Source: the human T2T-CHM13v2.0 reference genome, Homo sapiens. Taken from it: a stretch of DNA of 64,000 bases. Where the stretch lies: NCBI RefSeq assembly GCF_009914755.1, contig NC_060929.1, one strand, 5' to 3'. The notes beneath the pieces were generated by a model. It searched no databases and had not been told where the DNA came from. It saw nothing but the letters and a program-made list of their open reading frames with translations. Shown in pieces: positions 1 to 16,052 of the stretch. A program made the translations under genes and the position numbers. Positions within the stretch are counted from its first letter, which is position 1. Every line of letters begins with the position of its first letter.

Positions 1-2
1 CA

Positions 3-332
<330 letters not shown>

Positions 333-624
333 TAACTAGAAGTTTTTTTAATCAGTGGGATTACTTTCATAGTAAGGACTCTTAGATGTTGCATAATTGG
401 GTCGAAGGTATAAAACTTTTAAAGATTCCTAAAATGTATATAGTTCAAATTGTGTTTTCAAATAGTATATCAATTTATGCTCCCATTGACAATGTATGAA
501 AGCACCCATCCTTGTCAGCTCGCTCTCTCTCTCACTTTCTCACCATTTACTAAGTGCAACTTTTACTAATTTCTTGGGCAAAAAAAAAAAAAAGAAAGAA
601 AGGATGGTATTTTGTCTTAGTTTG

Positions 625-3600
625 TGCCTTACAAGGCTAACATTACCCTGATACCAAGACCAGACAAGTACACAACAAAAAAAGAAAACTGTAGGCCAAT
701 ATCTCTGATGGACATAGATGCAAAAATCCTCCACAAAATACTAGCAAATCAAATCCAACAGCACGTTAAAAAGATCATTCACCACGATAAAGTGGGATTC
801 ATCCCGGGGATACAAGGATGGTTCAACATAAGTCAATAAACCTGATACATCACATTCAGAATGAGGGATAAAACCCATATGATTATCTCAACACATGCAG
901 AAAAAGTGTTTAATAAGATTCAACATCCTTCATGATAAAAACCCTAATATGTGTAGAAGGAACATATCTCAACACAATAAACACATGTGACAAACCCATA
1001 GCTAACATCGTACTGAGTGAGGAAAAGTTGAAAGCTTTTCCTCAAAGATCAGGAGCAAGACACAGTACTAGAAGTCTTAGCCAGAGACATTAGGCAAGAG
1101 AAAAAAATAACGGACATCCAAATTGAGAAGGAGGAAGTTGAATTATTCCTGTTTGCAGGAAACATGATTTTATATATAGAAAACCCTGAAGACTCCACCA
1201 AAAGCCTGTTAGAACTAATAAATGAATTCAGTAAGGTTGCAGGATAACACTCGACATACAATTCCTAGTGCTATTTTATTTTTATGTAACATCCCATCAA
1301 AAATATTTTCCCCATTGTGACATAGCTTTTGTAAATATTATGTTTATGTTAAAATTCTGTGGCATCTGTTGAGAAGCAAGGAGAACAGGAAAAAATTAGT
1401 AGCATTTTAATATGCCAACAACAAACTATCTGTAAAAGAAATCAAGAAAGCAATCCCATTTATAAAAACTACAAATACAATAAAATGCATAGGAATAAAT
1501 TTAACCAAGAAAGTTGTCTAATTTTTCTACAGTGAAAACTATAAAACACTGATTTTAAAAAATTGAACAGGACATTAATAAATGGAAAGCTATCCTGAGT
1601 TCATTGATTAGAAGAATTAATAATGTTAAAATATCCAAACTACCCAAAACTGTCTACCAATTTAATGCAATCTCTATCAAAACACCAAGGACATTTTTCA
1701 CTGAAATAGAAAAAACAATCCTAAAATTTGCATGGAACCACAAAATATCCCAAACAGCCAAAGCGTTCTTGAGCAAAACAACATAGCTGAAGGCACCACC
1801 CTAACTGACTTTAAAATATACAACAAAACAGTACTAGGCAAAACAGCATGGTACTGGCAGAAAAACAGACACAGACCAATGCAACAAAATAGAGGACCCA
1901 GAAATAAATTCATGCATTTAAAGCTATCTGAGCTTTGACAAAGGCACCAAGAAAACACACTGAGGAAAGGAAGTGTCTTCAATAAATGGTGCTGGGAAAA
2001 CTGGATCTCCACATGCAGAAGAATGAAACTAGACCCCAATTTCTTACCACTTACAAAAACCAAATCAAAACAGACTAAAGACTTAAATATAAGACCCCAA
2101 ACTATGAAACTACTAAAAGAAAACATAGGGGAAATACTTCATGACATTGATCTGGGCAATAATTTTTTTAATCAGACCTCAAAAGCACAGGTGACAAAAG
2201 TGAAATAGACAAGCAGGATTACATCAAACTGAAAAGCTTCTGCACAGCAAAGGAAACAATCCGCAGAGTGGTGAGGCAATCAACAGAATGGGAGAAAATA
2301 TTCACAAACTATGCACCTAAAAAGGGATTACTATCCAGAATATGTAAGAAAGTCAAAAAACTCAATAGCAAAAAAAAAAAAAAAAATCTAACTTTAAAAT
2401 GGACAAAAGACTGACATTTCTCAAAAGAAGTTATACAAATGGCCAACAGGTTATGAAAAAGTACTCAATATCACTAAGCATTGGGGAAATGCAAACCAAA
2501 ACCACAATGAGATATCATCTCACCCCAGTTAGAATGGCTACTATCAAAAAGACAAAAAATAAACAAATGTTACGAGGATGTGGATAAAGGGGAACTTGTA
2601 CACTGTGGTGGGAATGTAAATTTGTATAGCCATTACAGACAACAGTATGGAGTTCCTCAATAAGTTAACAATAAAACTACCATATGAACCAACAATCCCA
2701 CCACTGGGTGTATATCCAAAGGAAAGGAAATCAGTGTGTGGAAGAGGTATCTGCATTCCCATGTTTATTGCAGCACTAATCACAATAGCCAAGATATGGA
2801 ATCACCCTAAGTGTCCATCAATGGATGAATGTATTAAAAAATTGTGGTATATATGCACAACAGAATACTATTCAGCCATAAAAAGAATGAAATCCTTTAT
2901 TTGAGACAACATGCATAAATGTAGAAGACATTAAGTAAAATAAGCCAAGCACAGAAGAGCAAATACCACATGATTTCATTTATGTGGAATCTTAAAAAGT
3001 TGATCTCATAGAAGTAGGGAGTAGAGGCTGGGTGCGGTGGCTCACGCATGTAATCCCAGCAATTTGGGAGGCCGAGGCAGGTGGATCACCTGAGGTCAAG
3101 AGTTCCAGACCAGTCTGGCGAACATGGTGAAACCCCGTCTCAACTAAAAATACAAAAATTAGCCAGGCATGGTGGCAGGCGCCTGTAATCCCAGCTACTG
3201 GGGAGGCTGAGGCAGGAAAATCATTTGAACCCAGGAGGTGGAATTGCAGTGAGACGAGATTGCACCATTGCACTCCAGCCTAGGTGACAGAGATTCTGTC
3301 TCAAAAAAAAAAAGTAGAGAGTAGAACAGTGGTTACCAGAGGAAAAAAAGAAGGGAGATGAGGAGAGGTTGGTGAAGAGGTACAAAGTTACAGTTAGATA
3401 TGAGAAATAAGTTCTGGTGTGATATTGCACAGTAGGGTGACTATAGTAAATAACAATGTATTGCATATTTTCAAAATACCTAGAAGAGAGGATTTTGAAT
3501 GTTCCCACCAGAAAGAAATAATAAACATTTGAGATAACGGATATGCTAATTACCCTGACTGATTGTCATAACAGTGTATATATGCATCAAAATACCACAA

Positions 3601-3650
3601 TGTACCCCATAAATATGTACAATTATAATGTGTCAATTAAAAACAAAATA
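625..3650 (+). mobile_element. 5'-truncated L1 (L1MA-like): degraded ORF2 RT/C-terminal part and 3'UTR, interrupted by an Alu and a ~130-bp insert
   Basis: Translations [66 protein letters not shown] match L1 ORF2p with frameshifts; L1MA-type 3' end finishing at gtgtcaattaaaaacaaaata. Confidence 0.92.
3026..3313 (+). mobile_element. Alu (AluS-like) inserted in the L1 3'UTR
   Basis: GGCTGGGTGCGGTGGCTCACG start, A tail, TSD aagtag(g/a)gagtaga. Confidence 0.95.
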
Positions 3651-3651
3651 G

Positions 3652-3970
<319 letters not shown>

Positions 3971-4111
3971 CGTTTCAAAAATAAAAAACTAAAAACGATA
4001 GTATTTTAATTTGCATTTCTGTGAAATTGACAATTTTCATGTGTTTAATTAGATTGATTTTCTCTTTAATATTCATGTTCCTTTTTATTTTCAATTAGCC
4101 CACTGTTATCA

Positions 4112-4431
<320 letters not shown>

Positions 4432-4678
4432 CTCAGTTTTTGCTTTAAAATATTTTAATATAGAGAACCATTTATGTTAATTCTGACCTGTGACCATCAC
4501 ACAAATAATACAACTTTCATTTGAGATACTTATTTAAATACAACTCATTTTTATCTCAAATTAACTCAACCACTCTAAAACTGACCACAATGTACCCTTT
4601 TACTGGACATATAGTCTTTCCTTGCTTATGTTCTTATAGCTTGCCTCTTTTCTTTTCTATATGTATGTTTTTTATGTA

Positions 4679-4997
4679 CAGTCATACACTGCATATTGAT
4701 GTTTCAGTCAGCAACAGACCGCATATACAATGGTGGTAGTATAAGATTGTAACACTGTATTTTTACTATACCTTTTTTATGTTTAGATACACAAATTGTG
4801 TTCCAATTTTGCCTACAGTAACATGCTATACAGGCTTGTAGCCTAGGAGCAATAGGCTATACCATACACCCTAGCTATGTAGTAGGGTATACCATTCAGA
4901 TTTGCGCAAATACTCTCTATGATGTTTGCACAATGACAAAATCGCTCAGCGACACATTTCTCAGAAAGTATTTCCGTTGTTAAGTGATGCATGACTG
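4679..4997 (+). mobile_element. Tigger3a (MER7A)-like non-autonomous TcMar DNA transposon
   Basis: Terminal inverted repeats CAGTCAT...ATGACTG, preceded by TA; internal GCCTAGGAGCAATAGGCTATACCAT typical of Tigger3. Confidence 0.85.
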
Positions 4998-5060
4998 TGT
5001 ATATAAAAGTACATATACAATCATAATACACATGTATATACTTTTGTGTATATACTCCTA

Positions 5061-5831
<771 letters not shown>

Positions 5832-5982
5832 CTATGATTTTTATTCATTTATTTTGATTTAACCTACTTTGGGAGGATTCCAATAGTAAAGTTTCTCTCA
5901 TGTGAAGTACTAGAGAATTGCCACAATGTATCTGTCCATATTAGTACATATTCCTGAGAATCTAACAGAGGTTGGGAGGAGG

Positions 5983-6311
<329 letters not shown>

Positions 6312-6579
6312 AATAGGAGGTTTTAGAATACAAATATAAGACATCTGAAGGTGCTGACTTCCAAGGAGTCCAGGTTCATCTGCATATGTTGGTTTCAGTG
6401 GGCCTCTCCATCACGTCAGCAAGTGTGCCATGCATAACCTATACCACCAAATGTGATGGCCCTGCTTCTTGAATGTGCACTTGAAAAATCTTTGAAAATC
6501 TTGAGTCCTTACTCAGATTTGCTTTTATTTTCCAGAAACTCAGAAAAGTTGTGTAAAATCAAAATTAAACTGAAATTAG

Positions 6580-7325
6580 TGTAGGAGAGAGAGAGATCAC
6601 CTCCACGTCCATCACCCCCACTCTCTCTTAGCTCTCATGTGAGCTCTTTGGCTGTGTCTAGGAACCAAACTGACGTAAGAAAGATGAGCAAGAGAAAAGC
6701 ATATACATTTTTGTTTTGCGGGGATTTTTTGCTTGTTTGTCTTTGTTTTTAGGGTCTCACTATATTGCCCAGGCTGGTCTCAAACTCCTACAATCTAACA
6801 ATCCTCCTGTCTTAGCCTCACAAGTAGCTGGGATTACAGGCATGAGCCAGCCACAACCAGCCAAGTTTCATTAGTTTTACATGTACCGGGGGTCTCCACT
6901 TTAAGAGTGAAGTCCGAAGAAATGGCCAAAGCAAGATGCTTTTATACTTTTTAGACAAAGAACAATAAATTTGTGAAGAAATGACAGGACAAAGGGGAAC
7001 TGGCCAGGGACATAAATTCTAGGGGAGTCCCTAGGAGATATATGGCAGAGTATAAAAGCAGTAGATGATAAGGGTTACTTTGGGAAGTTTACTTATTTGG
7101 GTCCATTGCAGCCCTAATTCCCAGTCTTCTGGTGATAAGGTCTATTTTCTTGCTCTGGTACAGGAAAGGCCCCCCTCCTGGAGTAATCTTTATGGCTGGC
7201 TGCATGCAAGAACAGACAGGTCAGCAAGCCCTTTCTGAAACTATAATTTCTCCAACATTTTCAACTCAAAATAATGAATATAACAATGCAGCATATTTTG
7301 GGATGGCATATCCTTCACTACTTTA
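6580..7325 (-). mobile_element. ERV1-class solo LTR (MER34/MER39-like) with a nested FLAM monomer (~6730-6862)
   Basis: Minus-strand start resembles ..ATATGCCATCCCAAAATATGC of MER34-group LTRs; Alu monomer in antisense at ~6730-6862. Confidence 0.6.
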
Positions 7326-8844
7326 TTAGTAAGACTTCACTATATCAGATTTAACAAGGTTTTGTTAAATGATCTGTGTACCCACAATTTTGAGCACCAC
7401 ATTTTCTGATGAAATATGAATTAGTGAAGTCTACAAAGGTATAATACCACAATTTAGAACATTATCATGTGGCGATCCTTTGAGTATAGAATGGTGTTTA
7501 TGTCAATATTAATTCTGAAAATTCCTAAGATGCCCATTTTCTGAGGTGAAATCAGCAATGTGATTGATTATTCATTTAAAAAACACTCGGGCATCTCAGC
7601 AACCATGAACTAATGTCTTTGGTAGATCAATAATTTTTTCACTCCAATCACAAGAAGAAATCCAGAGCATCAGAAAAGTCATCAGTAAAAACATTAAAAG
7701 ATATGTGCCAGCTGTTTCTGGCAGAGTGTTGAAGAGGGGATGGAGCAAAACAATAAGAAATGTTTGCCATATGTTGGAAAATGAGGGGTAATGGAAAATA
7801 TTCATAAACAAAGACTAACACTTGTCTGTATGTTATTCAGGTGCAGAGATAAAGCACATCCATCTTCAGTGACTCTTCTGAATGCAAATGACTCTAAGGC
7901 TCAGGCAGTCATTTCCAGAGTCTTGAAATCCCTTATGCAGTCTGAACCATCATTGGTGTCAGTTTTGCCTGCATAAGCACTTTAAGATGAAATCCTAACC
8001 TCTGAATTAGCATAAAACATTCTGTATAAAAATCATTCACATTAGAGGCTCTCTGTCAATTTTTGAACTGGCATTGCTATTGTCTTGTATTTTAAATCAG
8101 TTTAGAAATCTTTCCCCTTCTCTAATTCGTTTCCTTCGTTCTCAGTCTGACATTCCTCATCATTCCTGTCAGGTGGGTTACATCTGCTGTATTTGCTGGA
8201 GCCTACAGAGATTGGGGTGGGGGGAAAGAAAATATGGAATTTGCCCAACTAATGTGGTTCAAATCAAGCTCACGAGAAACCATTTTCCCTGCTTATATTT
8301 ACACAGGTATGATAGATTTATTTCCCCCAGGAGTCCTCTGTTTTCTCCTGAAATTTGACCATGTGTGACTCATTTGTCTGTATGTTATTCAGCTGCACAG
8401 ATAAAATACATCCATCTCTTCTAAATGCAAATTCTCAGCAAGAGTAAGCCGAGTAAGCTTTGTCACAGCAAGAAGCAAGAGGGCAGACATAGTGGACAAG
8501 AAAAACCCTACCGAGTAAAGGATCTCAAGATGCACACAGCTGTTCCCAAATGTTAGTCAGTGAATGAGGCAGTCATTGATGAATCTGATAGTGAATTTGA
8601 TAACGTAGTTGGGGCTCAAACACTTGAGAGCTACATCCCCAGGACTTACGGGAGGGCCAGAGAAGCCAGAACTCAAGACTGCAGGAACCCAGGTGTGACT
8701 TTGGTCTCCACTATGTGGTCATATGGCCACCGTGTAGCCTCCTTACTCTGGACCACTTTGTTGAAATGGAGACCTATGGAGGTTGCCTAAAAAACTTTGC
8801 TTTAAAAATTCTTGAGAAGCAGAGGATTGACTAACTCAATTCTC

Positions 8845-10030
8845 AAATGAAAAGATATACCCCTGGAGCCATATGGAAATTTGTGGGAGGATTTGATTGT
8901 CACACTGATGGGGAGGCACCACTAGCGTTTAGTGGGTGGGGCCAGAGGCAGTAAACACCCTGCAACGTGTGGGATATGGTCCCCATGACAAATTTCCCTA
9001 ACTTCTGCCCACATTTAAAATGTCCAATCACGGAAGTGAAAAAACACACGATATAATTATCTGAGCCATATATCTAACTCCATTTAACATATACACACAA
9101 GGTATTTTTAACAGTTTTAATACACATTGACTTTTTCAAGAACGCAACCATTGTGTGTAAATACTTTGTTTTGTTTGAAATTGACCAGCCTTTCAGTAAA
9201 TCTCTGAGAACAAGGCATGGGTCTGCATATGTAATGTCACATTTTGTATATCGATACGAATGTACTTACCTTGCCTTTATTTCAAAATGTCAAATATAAA
9301 GAAAAAGTGTTGACAATATTCAGTTGAGTATTGTCTTACTTCTGTGAAGCTCAAACTAATTCATTACAAATAGTGGTATCGGACTTAGAACTGTCTTTTA
9401 GTTTGGCCATGCCAAAAATATGCACACTTTTATTATAAATTACTTTCCTTTTATTTTTCCTTTTTATTAGTTTGTGCTGGACCCTGCGGGCCCCACTGAG
9501 ATCCCCACTTCAGGACCTCCCCAGCAGCTGAGAGCACTGATCGTGAGCAGCCAGGGCTTAGGGTCACCACCAACTCCCCACAATTGCTCCTGTCTGAAAA
9601 AGGCTGCCTCTTCCAAGGTCCTGCCCCATGACTCCTCCATAGGAGGAGCCCTCATCCACTTACTGGTCACTGGGGGATAATAAGGCCCCAATTAGGCACA
9701 ATTCTACAAGAGCAATCTGCTCCAGAGCTCCCTGTGGGATCTGCTGGGTCGTGTGGAATTGCATGGCAGCGTGACCCAACTTTTCCCTCTGCCCAAGCCT
9801 GCTTCCATCTCCCTCTCACAGGTGTTGATCCCAAGAGTATGTCCCCAAACACCATTTCAAGTTCTTTTTCCTGGGGAACCTGACCTGTGGCACAGTGAAA
9901 GCATTATAATTGATTTTGGACATTGGGCATTACATTATATAGCAATTTTAATTTGGGATAGTAAAGGGGGAAAGGAAAAAATATTTGCAATAAATGAGAG
10001 GTACCAGATTTCATGGGGTTGAGAACCACT
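8845..10030 (+). mobile_element. hAT-Charlie (MER20-like) DNA transposon relic split by an LTR16
   Basis: MER20-like 5' part (gattgtcacactgatgggg..ggccagagg..taaacaccctgca) and terminal gttgagaaccactg at ~10018-10031. Confidence 0.55.
9473..9892 (+). mobile_element. LTR16-like ERVL LTR
   Basis: ctccagagctccctgtgggatc, ccctctgcccaagcctgcttcc, cacaggtgttgatccc, ggggaacctgacct motifs. Confidence 0.7.
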
Positions 10031-10413
10031 GGACTAGGTGATCTCTTCAGAGTCCCTCTACCTTAAGATCTTCCCCTTTTGTGTAGCAACGCTGCTTTTT
10101 CTAGATCCTGAAATTAACCAAGACTCAAAATAATACTTTATGTAACTGTTTTGCACCCACTTGAATAAAATAAGTGGTCCTGTACAGCATCATTGCACAT
10201 CAGCACTTTTTTTCTAGATTATCCACCCACCATGCGATGTATCCCTGGGGGAGTAATTGCTACATGTGATGCAGCCAGCAAAGCCCAAGGCGTGTGTGCC
10301 AGCAGAGCAGTGTGTCTATGCCATAGACTACATTACTCAGGCCTCACAGCAAAGTGGCCGTGGGTATATTTAGCTCTCTCTGAGAGAGAGACACTAGGTA
10401 TCCAAGAAGATAA

Positions 10414-10736
<323 letters not shown>

Positions 10737-12083
10737 TGCTCTTTGAAATTTTTTAGATGACATAGAGTTTTAATTTTATTCTTAATATCCCAATGTTGTA
10801 ATTCTCTTTGAACCATCAACTAAAAAAGATTCACAGAGCCAGAGTGCAGCTGAGGAGCATGTGTGCATGTGTTTGAATGTGTGTGTGGTATGTGTGTATG
10901 TGTATGCTCTGTGTGTCTGTGTGTGAGCGGGTGCTTGCTGTCCTAAGGGACAGTAGGGGAGGAGAATCCAAAAGTGAGACCAATGAATACTAAGTTCTTA
11001 CTTTCTGACCAGGCTGCCCCAAACCAAGAATGCAAAACCCCTTGAAAGCACTTAGTTTCCTCTCATTCCAGAAAAGTGTTATACTCGATCAAGCAGAATG
11101 AGGGCTATTTACCTGGTACTGTGACTCCTTTCAAATCAGTTGTTAATCTAAGTCTTCAGTGTGCCACTAGGTCATCAACTTTCTTGGTCATCTGACATTC
11201 AACACAGATCAGAGTCTGAAAGCTTGGCCCCACCTCCTCAGCACTAGCCTGCTGCCCCCAGGCTGTCCGCGTGTTGCAGAGGCTGTTCAGTCATTCAGCA
11301 TCTCTTTCTTAATTCATTTACCTGTAATACTGGGATGCTGGTCAGAGTTCCCACCTTTAATTCTTCTTAGGGGTGTGGGGATGATTAAAGCAATAATGTT
11401 TTTCAAGTACAGAGGTATTCCAGATTAAAGACACTACGTAACCTAATGCATTCTGCTTCCAATGACATAAGTTTATGTAATTGCAAGCTAGGAAAATAAA
11501 GTTAGACCAGGTGTTCCTACCGCAGCCGCGATACTGTTTGCCTTACTTTCATGATGTGGCGCCTGCCTCAACATTTTTTTAAAAAGCACTAATTCCCAAG
11601 AAAGAGGATATTGGTTTAAGAAAGAAATGCTCTCATTCACTGAACTTTCATTTCATTAATACACAAATATGTACAATTCTATTCCACAGTCAGTTCAAGG
11701 CTAAAAGTCGAGTTAATAATAAATGGTACATTTACTACTTCGTCATGTCATTTGTACTTCAGAGAGAGCTTTTATAAAGATATTACTTTTGCTTTTAAAG
11801 ACAGGAAGGCTGTATAAGGTACCCCAGTCAACCTGAGTAAATGCTTTGCATGTTCATTTTCTTCCTGAGATAAACAGGTCACCTTCTCTCCCACATATAA
11901 TTAGCGTAATATCCTGTCACGCACCTGCTCTGCTGCTCAATGCATCAGCTCTTACATCCCAAGACAGTGTTGATTACTGTAGATCCTGGCACATCACTGT
12001 GAGGAGTTCAGCCATGCCAAGCATACCAACCACAATGGGAATATTAAATGCATTGCAAAGATAATAAGAAAAGTGGTTTGAAA

Positions 12084-12371
12084 GGCTGGGTGTGGTGGCT
12101 TACACCTGTAATCCCATCACTTTGGGAGGCCGAGGCAGGAGGATTGCTTGAGGCCAGGAGTTCAAGACCAGCTTGGGCAACAAAGTGAGACCCTGTTTCT
12201 AAAAAAACTTTTTTAATTAGCCAGGCATGGTGGTGCACACCTATAGTCTGAGCTACTTGGGAGGCTGAGGTGGGAGGATCACCTGAGCCTAGGAGTTTGG
12301 GACTGCAGTGAGCTATGACCATGCCACTGCACTCCAGCCTGGTTGACAGATCAAGACACTGTCAAAAAAAA
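12084..12371 (+). mobile_element. Alu (AluJ-like)
   Basis: GGAGGATTGCTTGAGGCCAGGAGTTCAAG J-type diagnostics. Confidence 0.92.
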
Positions 12372-13743
12372 GTGGTTGGCCAGTCTGAGCTGTTTGCCAA
12401 CAGACCACTTCTGTAAAATAATGCTATGGAAGATTGAGAAATTCTGTCCCTCGCCAAGCCACTGAGAATACACTACTGATTCCATCCATTCGAACATGCT
12501 TGGACTCCCTGGTCTAAACTGATAGGGGAACCAAAGAAGGAAGTTAGAAGTGAAGTACAAGTGTTTATTAGGCAGCTTGAATTGAGGAGGCCAAAGAATG
12601 TGAAACAAGAACAAAGACTCTTTCTGGTTGGATGTATCTGGTAATTGAGTGGAAATACAAGCTTAGCCAAGGTGCCTACTTTATTCCTAATGTTTTACAT
12701 GTCTAACCCCCTTTCAGGGAAAAAGAAAACAAAATGAGAAAAATACTCACATTGAACAAACTCAATATCATATTAAGAGAAAAAGGCAAGTTGCAAATTA
12801 ATAAGTACAGTATGATTGATCCTCCCTGCTCCATCCATGACCAAATTCACCTGTGCTCAGCAACCAAACAAGTATAGTATTAGGGATCAGCTACATTTGG
12901 ACCACAAAACTTTGAAAGCCATTATAGAAATTTCACCCATCAAAGATGACATCCTCTCTGGAGAAAGATGTGCCCCAGATTTCAAACGATCAGTTCTTAT
13001 TTATCAGCTTTTAAATATAAGCCAATCTTAAAGGTGGGCACCAACTCTAATTGTAAAATTACATTCACAGCTACATTAAGCATACATCCCACTTACAAAT
13101 CCAGCCCCATGCTAGATGAGGCATTTATTAGTAATGAGGAATACATTTTATTTCCCCAAAGTAAAAAAATAAATAAGACTTTTTAAAACTAGTTAAAACT
13201 AAAAAGCCTGGTTCTATCCTGGTCCAAAATAAGGGAGAATTGGGGTATGGAATATCATTTCTGAAAAGCTCTCCTTAAAAACTTACTGAAATTGGGACTC
13301 CACAGACTTTGAGCCATGGATAACTAATCCAAAAAGCCAGTCCCTATGTGGTATGGTATAGAGAGGGACAAAAATAGGGACCTCCCCAACCCCGACTATC
13401 AGAGAAAAGATTCTAAATTTTAAACAATTTTTGTACCCTTCACTGCCACACACACACACCCACACACAAATACACACACACACACACTCATGTGCACAAA
13501 ACTTGAACTTTCCACACATAAACTCAGGGCAATGGCAGTGTAATTGCCAAAAGTAAATTTGGTCGGAGAAATTCTCTCTCCTCACTTTGTGATTCTGGCA
13601 CCACCTGCTTGAACTGCTTTGGGATAAAGCACTTAGATTCACCTAAGAAGCTTCAAAAGCTTACAGAAGCATGCACCTGATCCCAGACCAATTAAGTCAG
13701 GACCTGGGGCGGGGGCACCAGGACTGAAATTGGGCATAAATAG

Positions 13744-14066
13744 TTTTTTTTTTTAGATGGAGTCTCACTCTGTCCCCCCAGGCTAGAGTGCAGTGGCACA
13801 ATCTCAGCTCCGCAAGATCAGCAACCTCCGCCTCCTGGGTTCAATCATTCTCGTGCCTCAGCCTCCTGAGTAACTGGGACTGCAGGAACACCACGAGGCC
13901 TGGCTAATTTTTCTTTTTCTTTTTTTTTTTTTTTTGTATTTTTAGTAGAGACAGGGTTTCACCATGCTGCCCAGGCTGGTCTCAAACTCCGAGCTCAGGC
14001 AATCCACCTGCCTTGGCCTCCCAAAGTGCTAGGATTATGTAATGGCATGAGCCACAGTGCCCGGCC
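13744..14066 (-). mobile_element. Alu inserted in a MER5-like hAT relic (~13600-14142)
   Basis: Antisense Alu; flanks carry cccagaccaattaagtcag and ttgagaaccactg MER5-type motifs. Confidence 0.9.
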
Positions 14067-15411
14067 ATTAGTTTTCAAAGTCCTTTGGGTGAGTCTAATA
14101 GACACTGAAAGGTTGAGCACCTTCAGGTATTGAGAACCACTGGTTAAACAGGTAACCAATCTGGTCTAGCCCCATTAGCCTGCTATTGGTTGCTGACCCA
14201 TGGCCTTCATGGATACAAAATGGAACAGGGTGTTTCCTATAGCAATGAGCTAATTAATCTTTTCAAGCAGTTAAATACATTTAGTACTTCTCAGGAGTAT
14301 ACAGTCTTTCAAAAATTCATTAGTTATAAAGGCTTAACCAAGGATTTACCTTGATTCTTAATTTTTCAAAAGCTGCGTTATTTTAAAAAATTACCTTCCA
14401 ATAGCAAGCTAAAATGTCAACTTTTTTCAGTTGGGCTCTTGGTGCACTTTTGGGCACCATCCCAAAATAGGTGGGACGTAAAGACCCAAACCTCACTTCC
14501 AAAACTGTTTCTTCTAATTCCCTGGAAGATATTCCTATCAGAAACTATGACAATAAGGTTAAATAACAAGTTGAGTACTTATTACTGTTTAAATCAATAC
14601 AGTTTTATGCACCACACTATAAAAGCAACAGCCTGAGTTACTTAGATATTTTAATTTGGGTAAAAAGAAGATTGAAATTATATTTATCAGGCTGAAATAT
14701 AAAAAGTCTCCAGTCAACTTTTTCTGCATTGAAAAAACTTGTTCTTCATTATCTGTCATTTCTCCTTCAGTTTAAATTCTAAGATGAATTGACAAGAAGG
14801 CAGGTGGCTGTCAGTGATTCTATTTCAGCTCGTCAATATTTCCTCTGGATGAAGGACAACATACTGATTAGGTTTAACTTCATCTTCTTTTAACATTTCA
14901 ACAGAAGGGGCTCTTCATGGAAGTCGCTGAATAACTCTCAAATTATAAATAATTTCATGAGATAAAAAGGGAGGCCCCAGACTTTTTTTTTCTGTGACTA
15001 ATATGGTTTCTGCTCCTCCCTCCTTAAGACTTTTAATTAAATCAGAGACAAGCTGGAAACAATGTGTCAGCTTTTTAATGAGCTTTAATTGTCACCACAG
15101 AAAATTAAGCATAGGCTGAGAATCAGGATTCAAGATCAGCTGTAAACCCCAGACTGGTAACCAGTTCTGATCCCATGTTGATGTGAGAGCTTTGTCTTTG
15201 GGGTAGAGAGAGGGTTCAGAGAAAACCTGCTTGGAACACAGAAAGCTAAGTTGCTACAGACAGGATTCTACCCATTCAGACTACTATCAGTCATTTCCTA
15301 CACTCTTAGAGTTTGGCCAAGGGATGCAAGATGAGGATTACCGCCTGCAATGCTTGCCCCACTAAGAGGCCCAGACTCTTCTCAGGTCCTGGCAGATGGC
15401 ATCAAGATAGT

Positions 15412-16052
15412 TGTTAGGTCCACAACTACGCCAATTGTCAGGTCCAGGGTCAGGTTCGGGCCCGTACTGAGGTCCGAGGGGAGTGGGTGGATAGGCGAAT
15501 AGCTGAAAGAACACTCGGGGGGCTCTAAGCAGGTGAAATGTAGTTTTATTCAACAGCTCTCTCACCGGCAGCTCTATTACACTGTCCGCCTTTATCTCGG
15601 CGGTCTGCTGCGGCTCCGCAGCTCCTCTCAGCAGCCGGCTCTGCGGCTTGGCTGCTCCCACACACAGCTGCACGGCCGGCTCTCCCTTGTCTTCAAGGTC
15701 AACAGCTTAACTCTTTCCCTCTGGCCACCAGCGCCAGCCATGTCGAGCTGTGCCATGCCCTGGCTCCCCTCTGTCCATCTGCAAGACAGACAGCTCTGGT
15801 TCTCTTTCTCTGGGCGCCAGTGCACCCCCAAGCCATGTCAAGCTGAGCCCAGGAGTGCCTGTACAGTGTCAGCAGGGCAGTTATACCTTTTACAGACCAT
15901 AGTAAGTAAATTCCGAGCCAAGAATGAGCTTACGTAAACAGGTTATATAACAAGTGGAGGTGTGCACCTGCGCAACAATCCCACTGACTCAAGCAGGCCT
16001 GGATGTCAGCCTCAGCCTAATTCTTGACCAATGTACACCCATATACCTTACA
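15412..16052 (-). mobile_element. LTR18 (HERV-S/HERVL18) 5' LTR + PBS stub + 3' LTR terminus
   Basis: Minus strand TGTAAGGTATATGGGTGTACATTGGTCAAGAATTAGGCTGAGG...GGACCTGACA (16052-15436), then TGGCGTAGTTG (tRNA-Ser-type PBS), then TGGACCTAACA; 5-bp TSD atagt at 15407-15411 and 16053-16057. Confidence 0.85.

Noticed and set aside
624-2904. L1 ORF2-like peptides as a functional reverse transcriptase
   Set aside because: 5'-truncated, frameshifted, internally deleted and interrupted; a dead copy.
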